Source: Pyrobaculum calidifontis JCM 11548
GTDB lineage: Archaea > Thermoproteota > Thermoprotei > Thermoproteales > Thermoproteaceae
Reading direction: 5' to 3'
Assembly (NCBI RefSeq): GCF_000015805.1
Contig: NC_009073.1
Span: 240,001 to 272,000, forward strand
DNA length: 32,000 nucleotides
The notes under the pieces are model-generated. The model worked only from the letters and a program-made list of their open reading frames with translations, did no database searches and had not been told where the DNA came from. Each line of letters begins with the position of its first letter. Position 1 is the stretch's first letter. A program made the position numbers and the translations under genes. This document shows, in pieces, positions 9,536 to 17,653 of the stretch.

Positions 9536-11424
9536 GGAGCCTATTGCTCCTCTTCCTTGCAACGGCGCTTGTTTTTTCCGCCTCTCTTGTAGACCCCCGC
9601 TGGGCAGTCCCGGCCTACGTTACGCCTGGCGGCACGTTTAACGCGACCTTCGACGGGCCTGTTATGGTTAAGACGGCGGAGCTCGCGGCGCCGGGCGTCG
9701 GGCCCATAAGGCTTGAGGTAGTGTCCACCAGTGGCGCCGTGGCCACGCTGAGGGTGCCCCCCGGCACTCCCGTGGGCCTCTACGACCTCGTGATAAACGG
9801 CGGCGAGGTGTACGAGCCCAAGGCCGTGTGGGTGGGCAATGTCACTGGGCCGCTGAGGATTATCCAGCTCACCGACGTGCACGTCGGCGTGGAGTTGGAC
9901 ATGGCCTCTGTCTATAGGCTGATCCACGGCGTCTTAGTGGCAAACTCAGGCCCATACGACGTGATCTTCTTCACCGGGGACTTGGCAGACGTGGGCGGCC
10001 AAGTGTGGCACTACGCCCTCTTTGTCAGATATGCGTCAATGGCCACAAAGCCCGTCTTCGCCATACCCGGCAACCACGACCACGCCGGGGACGACCCCCT
10101 GGTGAACTACAGGAGGTTCGTAGGGCCGCCGGTGTGGTATAGAGTGGTGGGCCCATACCTCATAATAGGCCTGGACAGCGGGGAAAATGGCTTTTTGACT
10201 GACGGCCAAGTCAAGTTATACGAGGAGGTGTTGAAGAGGTACCCCGACAAGGTGAAGATCGTCCTTGTGCACCACCCGCCCTTCTACCTGCAGAACGGCT
10301 ATGTGGTGGAGACGTATAGGGGGCCGCAAGACGTGGATAGACTTAACAGAGACCCCACGGGCAGGAGGTCGTATTATATCGTTTACACCAGCTACCTCCA
10401 GAACCGCCCCGCCTATGAGAAGTTCTTAGACTTGACCATTAGGTACAAGGTGGCGCTGGTGATGGCGGGCCACGTCCACAGCGGCAACTCTACGATCGTG
10501 ATAAACGGCACGTACTTCGTCACAACCAGGACGCTGGGCGGGTCTATAGACACGTCACACGGCTTTAGGACCTACGTGGTGTACCCAGATGGAAGAGTGG
10601 AGGTGAGCAGGGAGACGTGGACGTACAAGAACTTCGCAGTGGCCACGTGGGGCTCTAGGGCCGCCCAGTTCTACATCGACAGCGAGTTTGTAGGCGGCGT
10701 GGTGGCGGTGGACCTCCCCGGCAACTACACTGGCGTGAGGGCTCTGCAGGGCGACGCCAAGTTGCTAGATGCGAAAGTGCACCCGATGGGGAAGTACGCC
10801 AGGTACACAATAGCCGTCTCTGGGAGGCCCGTCTGGCTTGCCGTGGGCGACTACGCCCCGGCGCCCACGATTAAGGTGGAGAAGATAACGCCGAGGAGCC
10901 CCACCACAGGCGACCTAGTGACGATCAACTTCAGGGCTGAGGACCCCGCCGCCGGCGTGCCCTTCATAGTAGTGAACGGCACCCGCGTCTTGGCGTCCTA
11001 CCTAGAGGAGCAGCCGGTCTACATCTACAGGTTTAAGTACAGCAAGCCCGTCCAGCTCAGCGCGGCGGCCCCCGGGGGACAGCCGCTCACAGTGCAGATA
11101 GGGGCGCCCACAGCCACGCCAAGCCCAACGCCCACGCAGACAACTCCACAAGCCACGCCCACAGCCACGACCCCTGCCCCCACGCCGACGCCACAGCCCA
11201 CGACGACAACAACGCCGCAGGCCACGCCGCCTTCTCCTATAGCTTCCACGCCGACGGCGACGCAGCCAACGGCCACTGTCACAAGCCCCACCCCTACGGC
11301 CACTTCCGCGCCTCCGCCGACTCTGCAACCTCAGCCAGCCAGCTTCCCAGTGGAGGCTATCGCGTTGATCGTTATTGCTATTGTCGGCGCAGTTGTCGTG
11401 GCGGCTTTGGCTAGGAGGAGGTAG
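9532..11424 (+). CDS. Surface-anchored calcineurin-like metallophosphoesterase with Thr/Pro linker and C-terminal TM anchor
   Basis: ATGA overlap with the upstream gene. Signal peptide present. Phosphoesterase motifs LTDVHVG, FTGDLAD, IPGNHDH, VLVHHPP, AGHVHSG. A ~90-aa P/T-rich linker, a TM segment and RRR lie at the C-terminus. Confidence 0.85.
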   Translation: MRSLLLLFLATALVFSASLVDPRWAVPAYVTPGGTFNATFDGPVMVKTAELAAPGVGPIRLEVVSTSGAVATLRVPPGTPVGLYDLVINGGEVYEPKAVWVGNVTGPLRIIQLTDVHVGVELDMASVYRLIHGVLVANSGPYDVIFFTGDLADVGGQVWHYALFVRYASMATKPVFAIPGNHDHAGDDPLVNYRRFVGPPVWYRVVGPYLIIGLDSGENGFLTDGQVKLYEEVLKRYPDKVKIVLVHHPPFYLQNGYVVETYRGPQDVDRLNRDPTGRRSYYIVYTSYLQNRPAYEKFLDLTIRYKVALVMAGHVHSGNSTIVINGTYFVTTRTLGGSIDTSHGFRTYVVYPDGRVEVSRETWTYKNFAVATWGSRAAQFYIDSEFVGGVVAVDLPGNYTGVRALQGDAKLLDAKVHPMGKYARYTIAVSGRPVWLAVGDYAPAPTIKVEKITPRSPTTGDLVTINFRAEDPAAGVPFIVVNGTRVLASYLEEQPVYIYRFKYSKPVQLSAAAPGGQPLTVQIGAPTATPSPTPTQTTPQATPTATTPAPTPTPQPTTTTTPQATPPSPIASTPTATQPTATVTSPTPTATSAPPPTLQPQPASFPVEAIALIVIAIVGAVVVAALARRR

Positions 11425-11623
11425 GTTTAAACCCCGTTTTTTCCCCCACTTCTCTCAGCGCTGTGCATATATCTTCGAGGGAGAACCCCTCCCTCGCCAT
11501 TTGAGCCACGAAGAGACCTAGTAGGGTGGGCAAGTCGGAGGCGGGGCCTATTGCCACGGCCTCCCGGCCCCCCTTGGCGTATACAAGTCTGAGGAATGCC
11601 CCCTGTTGCTCCACCTTGAGCAT
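11411..11623 (-). CDS. Hypothetical protein (70 aa)
   Basis: ORF lies directly downstream of the DUF504 gene on the same strand. No motif recognised. Confidence 0.35.
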   Translation of the reverse strand: MLKVEQQGAFLRLVYAKGGREAVAIGPASDLPTLLGLFVAQMAREGFSLEDICTALREVGEKTGFKPTSS

Positions 11624-11645
11624 GGCCTCTTCAACGGCCCTGTTT

Positions 11646-11891
11646 TTATCTCTTCCGCCTGTCGAGGAGCACCTCGCCAGTGGCCAGCCGCACTTCCACT
11701 ATGCGGTGGTAGGGGATGTACCTCTCCCCAGAGCCCGTGGAGATGGTAACCCCTCCGCTCCCCACCTCTACCACGTCGTCGATGGAGGCCACCTCCTCGC
11801 CTCCCGCTGCCCCCCTGCTTACATAGGAGAAGTAGGCCTTGGCGCCCGTCCACTTGAGCTTGTTAAACAGCTGGCGCATTGGATTAACCAC
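11646..11891 (-). CDS. DUF504/UPF0248 family small protein
   Basis: 81 aa with the family-typical C-terminal YIPYHRIVEV...G motif. An A/T box (atatatta) lies ~24 nt upstream. Confidence 0.65.
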   Translation of the reverse strand: MVNPMRQLFNKLKWTGAKAYFSYVSRGAAGGEEVASIDDVVEVGSGGVTISTGSGERYIPYHRIVEVRLATGEVLLDRRKR

Positions 11892-12080
11892 ATATTTTAA
11901 CCGCTTTCCTAATATATCTTTGCGCCCCCACGTTCATGGACCCCAGGAGAAATGTGTGGGTGAAGATCATACGGGAGAAGGCCAAGCCGATTGAAGCTTA
12001 GGCGCGCATTGCGCAAGAGGGCCCTGGGCCACGTGTTCGAGATCGTTTTTATTACCGCGTCCTGTTGAGGCTGCGCCGTC

Positions 12081-12419
12081 CTACACTACCCTCTTTTTCA
12101 CAACGAAGTAGTCTCCCCGCCTCTCGACGATGTGCGTCTCTAGGAACTTCTCCCACGCGCGCTCTACGGCCTCGGTGCATTTCCCGCGGCAGGCCCATTT
12201 TCTAAACCACAGCCCCTCTAAAAGCGCCAGGGAGAGCCTCTCCAGCTTTTTCTCAACGTCGGCGGGCCTTACGAACATTATGTCGCACTTGTAGGGCGTA
12301 CCCCAGCAACACAGAGAGGCCCTAGGCTCTGCCTTCTCGGAGAAGATTACTATGTCTAAGTCGCTTAGAGGCCCCGGGGCCCACGACCCCGTTACCAAGG
12401 CCGAGAAGTTCCCGAGCAT
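12081..12419 (-). CDS. Minimal nucleotidyltransferase (MNT), antitoxin-type partner of HEPN
   Basis: GSWAPG...SDLDIVIF matches the NTase G[SG]-x9-13-DxD pattern. It lies immediately downstream of the HEPN gene on the same strand. Confidence 0.75.
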   Translation of the reverse strand: MLGNFSALVTGSWAPGPLSDLDIVIFSEKAEPRASLCCWGTPYKCDIMFVRPADVEKKLERLSLALLEGLWFRKWACRGKCTEAVERAWEKFLETHIVERRGDYFVVKKRVV

Positions 12420-12441
12420 AGCCCTTAGATACTCGGCAATC

Positions 12442-12858
12442 TTAGAAGAGCCCGGGACTACCTACCACACTCCATGCCTCCACCCACTTTATGACCCTCC
12501 TCGCGTGTTCCAACGCCCTCATGGCCATGGACTCTGTGAAATACTCAAACGGGTTGCCCTCGTCGTATACGTCAGGGCACCGGGGCGGGGTGTAGAAGTG
12601 GTCTAGCTCCGCCGCCACCTCTTTGACCTCGCCCGGCGCTTGGAGAGACAGCTCCCGCTCTGCCGCCTCAATGAGCTTTAGCACAGAGTGCCCGCCCTTT
12701 GCCACGCCCCTCGCCCGCAGCAGGGCCTTTACCGCGAGCTCTGCCGCTTGTTGAGCCTTAAAACAAGCCCACTCGTAGTACCCCCTAGCCAAATCTAGCT
12801 CAGCCGACTCCAAGTTCCTCCGCGCTTGACGCATCCACCTGGCAAACTCCCTCTCCAC
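12442..12858 (-). CDS. HEPN domain protein (toxin-type partner of MNT)
   Basis: ARRNLESAELDLARGYYEWACFKAQQAAELAVKALL plus RGVAKGGH (Rx6H) is typical of HEPN. The preferred start is GTG 12858, which is 26 nt from the TATA (ttttatat, 12884->12877). The ORF-track extension to 12933 would overlap the PaREP1 start. Confidence 0.75.
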   Translation of the reverse strand: MEREFARWMRQARRNLESAELDLARGYYEWACFKAQQAAELAVKALLRARGVAKGGHSVLKLIEAAERELSLQAPGEVKEVAAELDHFYTPPRCPDVYDEGNPFEYFTESMAMRALEHARRVIKWVEAWSVVGSPGLF

Positions 12859-12876
12859 ACAGACACCGAGACAAAC

Positions 12877-12884
12877 ATATAAAA
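12877..12884. promoter_or_regulatory. Single shared TATA box (ATATAAAA/TTTTATAT) for divergent HEPN-MNT and PaREP1 genes
   Basis: The box's 5' edge is 26 nt from ATG 12903 on the plus strand and 26 nt from GTG 12858 on the minus strand. Confidence 0.5.
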
Positions 12885-12902
12885 GGGTATAGAGGGTGAA
12901 CC

Positions 12903-13445
12903 ATGGAATTGGCAATAGAGAGGCCGCTTCCAAAGCCCACGTCTGCCGACTACGCCTCTGCCCGCCTTCTTGAGGCGCTTGTGGAGGCTAGGCTAGCTCT
13001 CGACTTCCTCAGACGCGGCCTTACTCGCAACGCGGCTGGAAAGGCCTTCCAGGCATGGAAGGCTGTGCTCGCCGCTTTGCTCAAGCTTGAGCTTGAGAGG
13101 CTCAAGGCCTTAGCCAAGGCCGAAGAGGAGAAGAGGTGGCTAGAGGAGAGGGCGGTGGCAAGAGTGCCCACCACGAAGATGCTGTCTCTCTCCCAGCTGT
13201 TGAAGGAGGTGGGGTATCGGGAAGTGCCTGCGTGGACGAGCTTGGCGCTGGACCTACACGACTATCAGTACCACGGGCCAGATCCGGATATGGCCCTTAG
13301 CAAATATCGCACGAGGGAGGAGGCGGCCTACTTCATTAGGAGCCTTGTAGAAGTGGTGGCTGAGTACGCCGAGAGGCTGAAGAGTCGCGTCGCGTGGACT
13401 AAGGAGCACGAGGAGGCCTACAAGGCGCTGGTGGGGGAACTGTAG
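12903..13445 (+). CDS. PaREP1 family protein, copy 1 (180 aa)
   Basis: MELAIERPLPKPTSADYASARLLEALVEA...LTRNAAGKAFQAW. I recognise this helical repeat-gene family as the archaeal PaREP1/PaREP8 family. Two further paralogues lie downstream. Confidence 0.75.
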   Translation: MELAIERPLPKPTSADYASARLLEALVEARLALDFLRRGLTRNAAGKAFQAWKAVLAALLKLELERLKALAKAEEEKRWLEERAVARVPTTKMLSLSQLLKEVGYREVPAWTSLALDLHDYQYHGPDPDMALSKYRTREEAAYFIRSLVEVVAEYAERLKSRVAWTKEHEEAYKALVGEL

Positions 13446-13510
13446 CTCGCCCCTGCGCCCAAGCTCCAGCGCCTCAGGTGGCGTATTTATAGCTGGGTTT
13501 TTGCCATTTT

Positions 13511-13717
13511 ATGGACTTGGAGGACGTGGTGGCCCCCGAGCTGCGGCCCGTTGTGCGCTACCTCTTTACTGGGGACGAGGGCGCGTTGAAGGGGCTCGGC
13601 GTCGACGTCTCTGCGGTGTTGAAGATGGCGAAGCCGCTCCGGATGGTGGTAGTCGCGCCTAGCTTCGTAGGCGTCAAACTCGACGTGTGGCCGAGGAGGC
13701 GCACCTCATCTGGCTAG
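13511..13717 (+). CDS. Hypothetical protein (68 aa), possibly the 5' fragment of a disrupted longer gene
   Basis: tatttata box at 13484 is 27 nt upstream of the ATG. Protein-like sequence continues in another frame after ~13687 (see findings). Confidence 0.4.
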   Translation: MDLEDVVAPELRPVVRYLFTGDEGALKGLGVDVSAVLKMAKPLRMVVVAPSFVGVKLDVWPRRRTSSG

Positions 13718-13812
13718 ACCCCGACCTGGGGAGAGTCTCCGCCTACTACGTCCACTGCCCATTTAGAGTGCCGGGCGCAAGGCGCCTTGAGGTAAACTGA
13801 CTCATCGTCAAA

Positions 13813-14577
13813 GTGGCCGACGACGCTGGCTTTAGGAAGTTCCTAGGCTACGCCTACGACGCGGCGCTGGGGGCGCCCCCGGCCAAAGGCTGTGTCAGAC
13901 TGCTGGGGGAGGTCGTGGTGTGTATACGCAAGAGGCAGAAGTACGTCGACGAGGTGGTAAGGAGGCTGGCCTATGGGCTTGAGGTGGCCGCCAGAGAGAC
14001 GGCGGCCCAGCGCATAGCGGAGAGACTCAGAAAGCTGGGGTTGTACGTTGAGACTTATAAGGGCAAGGTGTCGCTACCCTTCGTAGACCCGGGCATAGAC
14101 ATAGACGCCTTGACAAACGCGCTGAGAGGCGTCGTGGAAGAGGTAGACCTCGGCGACTTGGGCGAAGGGGAGGTAGAGCTGAAGTGTAGCAGCGTGGGGG
14201 ACGAGGGACTGTGCACTGTGGAGTACAAGCCCTCCGAGGAGTTCCTAGAGGGGCAAGTGGTCGAGGCGCTGGAGAACGCCCCGAGGGACGTCCACCGCTT
14301 TGACGTAGGCGACTACGCAGTTGAGTACTTCGGCGTGGGGCCAGTCCTAGGCGTAGAGGCACCCTTCGCAGAACTCCAGCTCGAACTAGACACAGTCAGG
14401 GAGCTCGGCCTCATATACGCAGAGGAGTACATCGCCGCCTCCCACCCCGCCCGCGGCAGACGCGCACTGCCGCTGGCAAAGCCCACCGCCGTTGAGGTGA
14501 AGAGGGTAGACTGTCTCTCCAACTACCCACTAAACACAGTCACAGCCATGAAGCTGACACAGGGCCACGCCCACTAG
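13813..14577 (+). CDS. Hypothetical protein (254 aa)
   Basis: Long ORF with balanced composition. GTG start with no TATA of its own. No motif recognised. Confidence 0.5.
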   Translation: MADDAGFRKFLGYAYDAALGAPPAKGCVRLLGEVVVCIRKRQKYVDEVVRRLAYGLEVAARETAAQRIAERLRKLGLYVETYKGKVSLPFVDPGIDIDALTNALRGVVEEVDLGDLGEGEVELKCSSVGDEGLCTVEYKPSEEFLEGQVVEALENAPRDVHRFDVGDYAVEYFGVGPVLGVEAPFAELQLELDTVRELGLIYAEEYIAASHPARGRRALPLAKPTAVEVKRVDCLSNYPLNTVTAMKLTQGHAH

Positions 14578-14656
14578 CACAGAGCAAGCCACTATGCGTT
14601 AAGCGCAGACCTTTTGACTCATCAAAACCTATTTAACATGTGGCACTCAAAGAGCC

Positions 14657-15199
14657 ATGGAACTGGCAATTGAGCGCCCACTTCCAAAGCCCACGTCGGC
14701 TGACTACGCCTCAGCCCGTCTTCTTGAGGCGTTGGTGGAGGCCAAATTGGCATTGGAGTTCCTGCGCCGAGGTCTCACCCGCAATGCCGCGGGTAAAGCC
14801 TTCCAGGCGTGGAGAGCCATCTTAGCGGCGCTCCTAAAGCTAGAGCTGGACAAACTCAAGGCCATAGCCAAGACGGAAGAGGAGCGGCGCTGGCTAGAAG
14901 AAAGAGCAGTGCCCAGCGTCCCTACGACGAAGATGATACCCCTCTCGCAGATGTTGAAAGAGCTGGGCTACCAAGATGTCGTGTTTATAACGAGCCACGC
15001 CTTAAGCATCCACGGGTATCAATACCACGGGCCAGATCCAGACATGGCCCTCAGCATTTATCGTACGCGGGAAGAGGCTGCCTTAGCCATTAGGGAGTTG
15101 GCCAAGGCAGTGGCACAGTATGCAGAGACGTTGAAAAACCGCGTCACGTGGACAGAGGAACACGAGAGAGCCTACGCGGCACTAGTGGAAGAACTCTAG
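14657..15199 (+). CDS. PaREP1 family protein, copy 2 (180 aa)
   Basis: Collinear with copy 1 over its whole length. tatttaac box at 14630 lies 27 nt upstream. Confidence 0.75.
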   Translation: MELAIERPLPKPTSADYASARLLEALVEAKLALEFLRRGLTRNAAGKAFQAWRAILAALLKLELDKLKAIAKTEEERRWLEERAVPSVPTTKMIPLSQMLKELGYQDVVFITSHALSIHGYQYHGPDPDMALSIYRTREEAALAIRELAKAVAQYAETLKNRVTWTEEHERAYAALVEEL

Positions 15200-15264
15200 C
15201 TCTACTAGACTGCCGAGACAACTATATGGCGTAAACTATTTAGGGCATACTATGGACGATAGTT

Positions 15265-15759
15265 ATGGAACTGGCAATAGAGAGGCCACTTCCAAAGCCC
15301 ACATCTGCCGACTACGCCTCTGCCAGCCTACTCGAAGCGTTGGTAGAGACCAAGCTTGCTATCGACTTTCTCAAACGCAGGCTCACCCGTAATGCGGCGG
15401 GTAAGGCTTTTCAAGCGTGGAAGGCCGTACTCACCGCTCTTCTCAAGCTTGAGCTTGAGCGGTTGAAGGCCGTTGCAAAGACGGAGGAGGAGCGGCGCTG
15501 GCTAGAGGAGAGGGCTGTGCCGAGGGTGCCCACTAGCAGAGTGGTCGCACTCTCGCAGATGTTGAGAGAAGTTGGGTATGAGGACGTGGTTGGCGCTACC
15601 TTTGTGGCGCTGTCTCTACACGATTACCAGCACCACAGTCCCGACTCGGACATGGCGTTGAGCAAGTTTAGGTCTAGGGAGGAGGCGGCGATGGAAATTG
15701 CCACATTTCTCCGTACAGTGGTCAAATATGTCGAAAAGCTGAAGGGGGCCTGCGGCTAG
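15265..15759 (+). CDS. PaREP1 family protein, copy 3 (164 aa, C-terminally shortened)
   Basis: Same N-terminal sequence as copies 1 and 2. It ends at TAG 15757-15759. In-frame read-through gives CDRLIGELKEELKGV, resembling the ...ALVGEL terminus of copy 1. Confidence 0.7.
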   Translation: MELAIERPLPKPTSADYASASLLEALVETKLAIDFLKRRLTRNAAGKAFQAWKAVLTALLKLELERLKAVAKTEEERRWLEERAVPRVPTSRVVALSQMLREVGYEDVVGATFVALSLHDYQHHSPDSDMALSKFRSREEAAMEIATFLRTVVKYVEKLKGACG

Positions 15760-15824
15760 TGTGACAGACTTATCGGCGAGTTGAAGGAGGAGCTTAAAGG
15801 GGTGTAAGCTCGGCCGCGGGCGGG

Positions 15825-15829
15825 TTTTT
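15825..15829 (+). terminator. Oligo-T tract after a GC-rich segment (possible archaeal terminator for PaREP1 copy 3)
   Basis: ggccgcgggcgggTTTTTc lies in the convergent intergenic region. Confidence 0.3.
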
Positions 15830-15880
15830 CATCCCACCGCCGCTGGCGGGCGTCCAACCCATCTCTCACTCTCCCCCATT

Positions 15881-16750
15881 TTAAAAGCTTGTCGGCGTAA
15901 TTTCCTGCTCCACGGCCACGTCGCGAGCCAGCGGCACGTCTAAGACGAGCCTCAGCGCGTAGGCCGGGCCAGGCCCCAGCCCCGCGACGCCGTTTCTAAA
16001 GAGGTCGAGGGCCTCGTCCCTCGGAGTGCCGGCTATTATCACCACCTTGGGCCCTGCGAGTCCGCGGAGGTCTACCACCTCGCGGACTGCGCCGCCCCGG
16101 CTCTCGGCGAGCTTCATCTTGTGAGTCTTCTCGGGGGTCTTAGCCACTAGCTCCAGCCTCGCGGCCCTAGCCTTGACAAGCCAAGCTTCCACCACGGCCT
16201 CCACCTGGCCGGGCCCCACAGGTCTCACAACGGCGCGGGCGTAGTCGCCCTGAGGCGTGGAAATGAACAGCTCCCCCGACGCAGACTTAGCCATGGCGGG
16301 GTCCAACACGGCGAGCATAAAGCCTCTGTAGGGCCCCTCCTCCACTCTACACCCCGCCGCCCTGCCGTAGATCCAGTCAACGAACGCCACAAGGGCGTAT
16401 TCGCCCGGCTTAGGCAAGCCTCTAACCACGCCGCCCGTGGGAGTAAAACGCGCCCAGCCCCGGGAGCTCCTCCCCCCGCTTAAGTAGAAGAACTCCACAT
16501 AGCCCAGCGCACAGTTGGCAGACTCCCAGCCGCGGGACTGGACAAAGCGTGCGGCCCGGCGCCACTTCCACAAACCCCACCCAAACAACGGGCCCACTAT
16601 GAGCGTCATGATGGCCACGGCGAGGAGACCGCCTTTGGCGAAGCCGACTAGCACCACCACCAGTAAGACCAAGAGCGCGTACCAAGGCCGCGTACCCCCT
16701 ATCACCACCACGTCCACTCCCACGGTCACGCCACCCTTTAAAAAGTTCAC
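15881..16750 (-). CDS. Membrane protein, paralogue B (2 predicted N-terminal TM helices plus a ~200-aa soluble domain)
   Basis: Shares GCRVEEGPYRG, GDYARAxVRPxGPG, VEAWLVKARAARLEL, LAESRGG and GVAGLGxGPxYxLRLVLD blocks with the upstream gene. Only a 6-nt gap separates it from that gene. Confidence 0.65.
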   Translation of the reverse strand: MNFLKGGVTVGVDVVVIGGTRPWYALLVLLVVVLVGFAKGGLLAVAIMTLIVGPLFGWGLWKWRRAARFVQSRGWESANCALGYVEFFYLSGGRSSRGWARFTPTGGVVRGLPKPGEYALVAFVDWIYGRAAGCRVEEGPYRGFMLAVLDPAMAKSASGELFISTPQGDYARAVVRPVGPGQVEAVVEAWLVKARAARLELVAKTPEKTHKMKLAESRGGAVREVVDLRGLAGPKVVIIAGTPRDEALDLFRNGVAGLGPGPAYALRLVLDVPLARDVAVEQEITPTSF

Positions 16751-16756
16751 CCCAAG

Positions 16757-17653
16757 CTAGGCGTCCAGCCACGGGGGCTGTGGAGTCACCTCTTCCTCTA
16801 CTGTCACGTCCCGAGACGCGGGCATGTCGAGGACGAGTCTGAGCTTGTAGCTGGGGCCCCAGCCAAGCCCCGCCACGCCTTCGGCGGGCAAATCTAGCGA
16901 CCAGGCGTGGGACGTCCCCGCCACCACGACCACCCTGCGCCCGTAGAAGCCTCTAAAATCCACCCTTCTCTCCGCTGTCCCACCTCTGCTCTCGGCTAAT
17001 GTCACTCTGTGCGCTCCCATAGACGTCTCCACCATCAGCTCAAGCCTGGCCGCCCTCGCCTTGACAAGCCAAGCCTCCACCGCCACGTCCGCCAAGCCTG
17101 GCCCCGCGGGTCTCACGGCGGCTCTGGCGTAGTCGCCATGGGGCGCGGAGACGGACAGCCGGGCGGAAAGGGTATAGGCCCTCTCCGGGTCTATCACGCC
17201 CACCACCATCCCCCTGTAGGGCCCCTCTTCCACTCTGCACCCAGGCGCCCTTATGTATATCCACTGCCCCGAGGCCACTACGACGTAGCTCCCCGTCTCG
17301 GGCCACTCATACCTAGGCCCCCCAAGCGGCTCAAAATTCGCCCACAGCGACGAAGCCCTCCCCGAGAGCCCAATTTCGACAAAGCCGGGAGTGCACAACA
17401 GCTTCTCTCTCCACACGGCGAGCCCGAGGCCCCTGGCCCTAGCCCACAGCCGCGCCGCCCTCACCGCGTTGAACAGAACATACGCCAAGACTCCCAGGGC
17501 AATTGCATACGTCACTGGGTGCACAATGGCGAAAAGCACGGCGAGGCCGGGGACGAGGAAGGCAACAGCCAGAAGGGCCTCCCCCGGGTGCTCTACTCCG
17601 ACGATGAAAACCCACTCGTCCACCCACTCACCCTGCTCTGAGTACGCCGTCAT
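16757..17653 (-). CDS. Membrane protein, paralogue A (start taken at ATG 17653, MTAYSEQGEW...)
   Basis: Same conserved blocks as 15881-16750. The ORF-track N-terminal extension to 17773 is Arg/Gly-rich and looks non-coding. Confidence 0.65.
   Translation of the reverse strand: MTAYSEQGEWVDEWVFIVGVEHPGEALLAVAFLVPGLAVLFAIVHPVTYAIALGVLAYVLFNAVRAARLWARARGLGLAVWREKLLCTPGFVEIGLSGRASSLWANFEPLGGPRYEWPETGSYVVVASGQWIYIRAPGCRVEEGPYRGMVVGVIDPERAYTLSARLSVSAPHGDYARAAVRPAGPGLADVAVEAWLVKARAARLELMVETSMGAHRVTLAESRGGTAERRVDFRGFYGRRVVVVAGTSHAWSLDLPAEGVAGLGWGPSYKLRLVLDMPASRDVTVEEEVTPQPPWLDA

Noticed and set aside
11892-12080. ORF-free intergenic region inspected for tRNA or sRNA genes
   Set aside because: I could trace no cloverleaf-compatible stems, no C/D or H/ACA boxes in proper spacing, and no notable inverted repeat.
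12859-12933. N-terminal extension of the HEPN ORF (MEAASLLPIPWFTLYTLLYVCLGVC)
   Set aside because: It would overlap the PaREP1 start and include the shared TATA box. GTG 12858 sits at the canonical 26-nt spacing and begins at the first HEPN helix.
17009-17641. 210-aa plus-strand ORF, with similar long antisense ORFs at 19840-20310, 23385-23978, 28032-28529, 28858-29427, 29872-30543 and 30670-31290
   Set aside because: Their compositions are Arg/Pro/His-rich. Each lies opposite a gene with recognisable motifs (membrane paralogue, csa1, ATPase, cas10, cmr4). They are GC-driven shadow ORFs.
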